DNA of 64,000 nucleotides from an uncultured Verrucomicrobiae bacterium (GTDB taxonomy: Bacteria; Chlamydiota; Chlamydiia; Chlamydiales; Rhabdochlamydiaceae): assembly GCA_963806855.1 (NCBI GenBank), contig CAWDYW010000001.1, positions 96,001 through 160,000 of the forward strand, in the 5' to 3' direction. The position numbers and the translations under genes are program-made. Each line of letters begins with the position of its first letter. Within the stretch, counting starts at the first letter, position 1. Below, in pieces: positions 63,152 through 64,000 of this stretch. The notes below the pieces were generated by a model. That model worked only from the letters and a program-made list of their open reading frames with translations. It was not told the DNA's origin and did no database searches.

Positions 63152-63811
63152 TTAGCAAGATAAAAGGAATGGGGCTTGCCCAAAGAGATTATTGCCCATG
63201 TGAGCTCCAATGGCCCCCATCAGCCCAAATCTCGATTCTTTTAAGGCTCCGAAACAAATGCCGATGACAAGTGTATGAATCACTTGCAAATCGACCTGAT
63301 CATCAGATAAGAACTGACGATTAGAATTATGATAATATGAAAATATCAAGGCATTTAGGGCAATTCGACCAATGAGATTGAGTTTATGATCAATAGCCCA
63401 ATTTAGCTGAGGAGAAATTGTCTGCAATATTTTTCCCGGGATCCATTTTTGCACAATCCCTTGGAAGAAACCGCGAAACAAGACTTCTTCAACTATCGGC
63501 ATAAACATAACAGATTTGAATACCATCATGGCCTTACCGATCATGATATGGGAATGAGCATCTTCCAAGATTCCTAATTTTTGAAACTGATTTGCTAATT
63601 CTCGATAGGGGCACTCGGCAAGGATAATTCTTGCGCATTCTTCAATTCCGCCTAACTGTTTGCAAAATGGTGCAAATGCTTGGGCTAATACGCTGTGAAA
63701 ATCAACCCTAGAATAAAGGTCCGGCTTTAAGACGTAAGTCACTGATTGACCGAGGCCCCAGATCGCTGGTGATAGGGCGGCCCCTACTGCTAAGTTTTTA
63801 ATTATAGACAT
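63152..63811 (-). CDS. CPBP (Abi/CAAX-protease-like) intramembrane metalloprotease
   Basis: EEVLFRG, FSYYH, AHMGNN motifs. Confidence 0.8.
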   Translation of the reverse strand: MSIIKNLAVGAALSPAIWGLGQSVTYVLKPDLYSRVDFHSVLAQAFAPFCKQLGGIEECARIILAECPYRELANQFQKLGILEDAHSHIMIGKAMMVFKSVMFMPIVEEVLFRGFFQGIVQKWIPGKILQTISPQLNWAIDHKLNLIGRIALNALIFSYYHNSNRQFLSDDQVDLQVIHTLVIGICFGALKESRFGLMGAIGAHMGNNLFGQAPFLLSC

Positions 63812-63918
63812 GTTATAATTTTAGTGTAATTGCTATATTATTTAAATATTAAAAATTATTTTACTTTTATTTTAATATAATAATTGTTATAATTATTATT
63901 AAATTAAAAGGAGTTTTT

Positions 63919-64000
63919 ATGTTTAGATCTAATTTTGTTGAAAGTTCATCAAAACAATGTGCCTTCTGTAATATCTCATCACCAGATAGCGGGGCTTTGG
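63919..64000 (+). CDS. 5' end of a CDS running off the window
   Basis: SD AAGGAG then ATG, frame open to the end. Confidence 0.45.
   Translation, partial: MFRSNFVESSSKQCAFCNISSPDSGAL

Noticed and set aside
63152..63811. CPBP protease as processing partner of the CaaX effector
   Set aside because: 12 kb apart, bacterial CPBP proteins are widespread, and CaaX processing would occur in the host

Overview
Chromosomal window from an environmental chlamydia (phylum Chlamydiota), judged from chlamydia-type gene order (thrS-parA-pGP6-like, ispA-glmU-like, MFS-recC-recB) and MOMP-like porins. 0.2-13 kb is a tandem array of nine Cys-rich MOMP-like outer-membrane genes with near-identical scaffolds, five hypervariable segments, mosaic (gene-conversion-like) tracts, and a 165-bp palindromic MITE in the last promoter region. 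The rest mixes housekeeping genes (glk, recA, ispA, ung, purB, parA, thrS, recCBD, tRNA-Pro) with accessory material: a PP2C phosphatase inside a duplicated RNA-methyltransferase 3' end, a dinD-bracketed island at tRNA-Pro, two GH63-like glucosidases, MORN-repeat genes around an ATPase-nuclease, Inc-like/F-box-CaaX/GTPase candidate effectors, and an IS982 remnant. The standout observation is not in the ORF track: a perfect TTGACA-17-TATAAT promoter drives a 22-aa Thr-rich leader peptide (MRRKASFKLTTLLTTTTTGLRR) directly upstream of an amino-acid symporter and thrS, i.e. a candidate threonine-sensing attenuator. Many genes carry single-base frameshifts that look like long-read assembly errors, so pseudogene calls are provisional. 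All family assignments come from motif recognition by eye; no searches were run.
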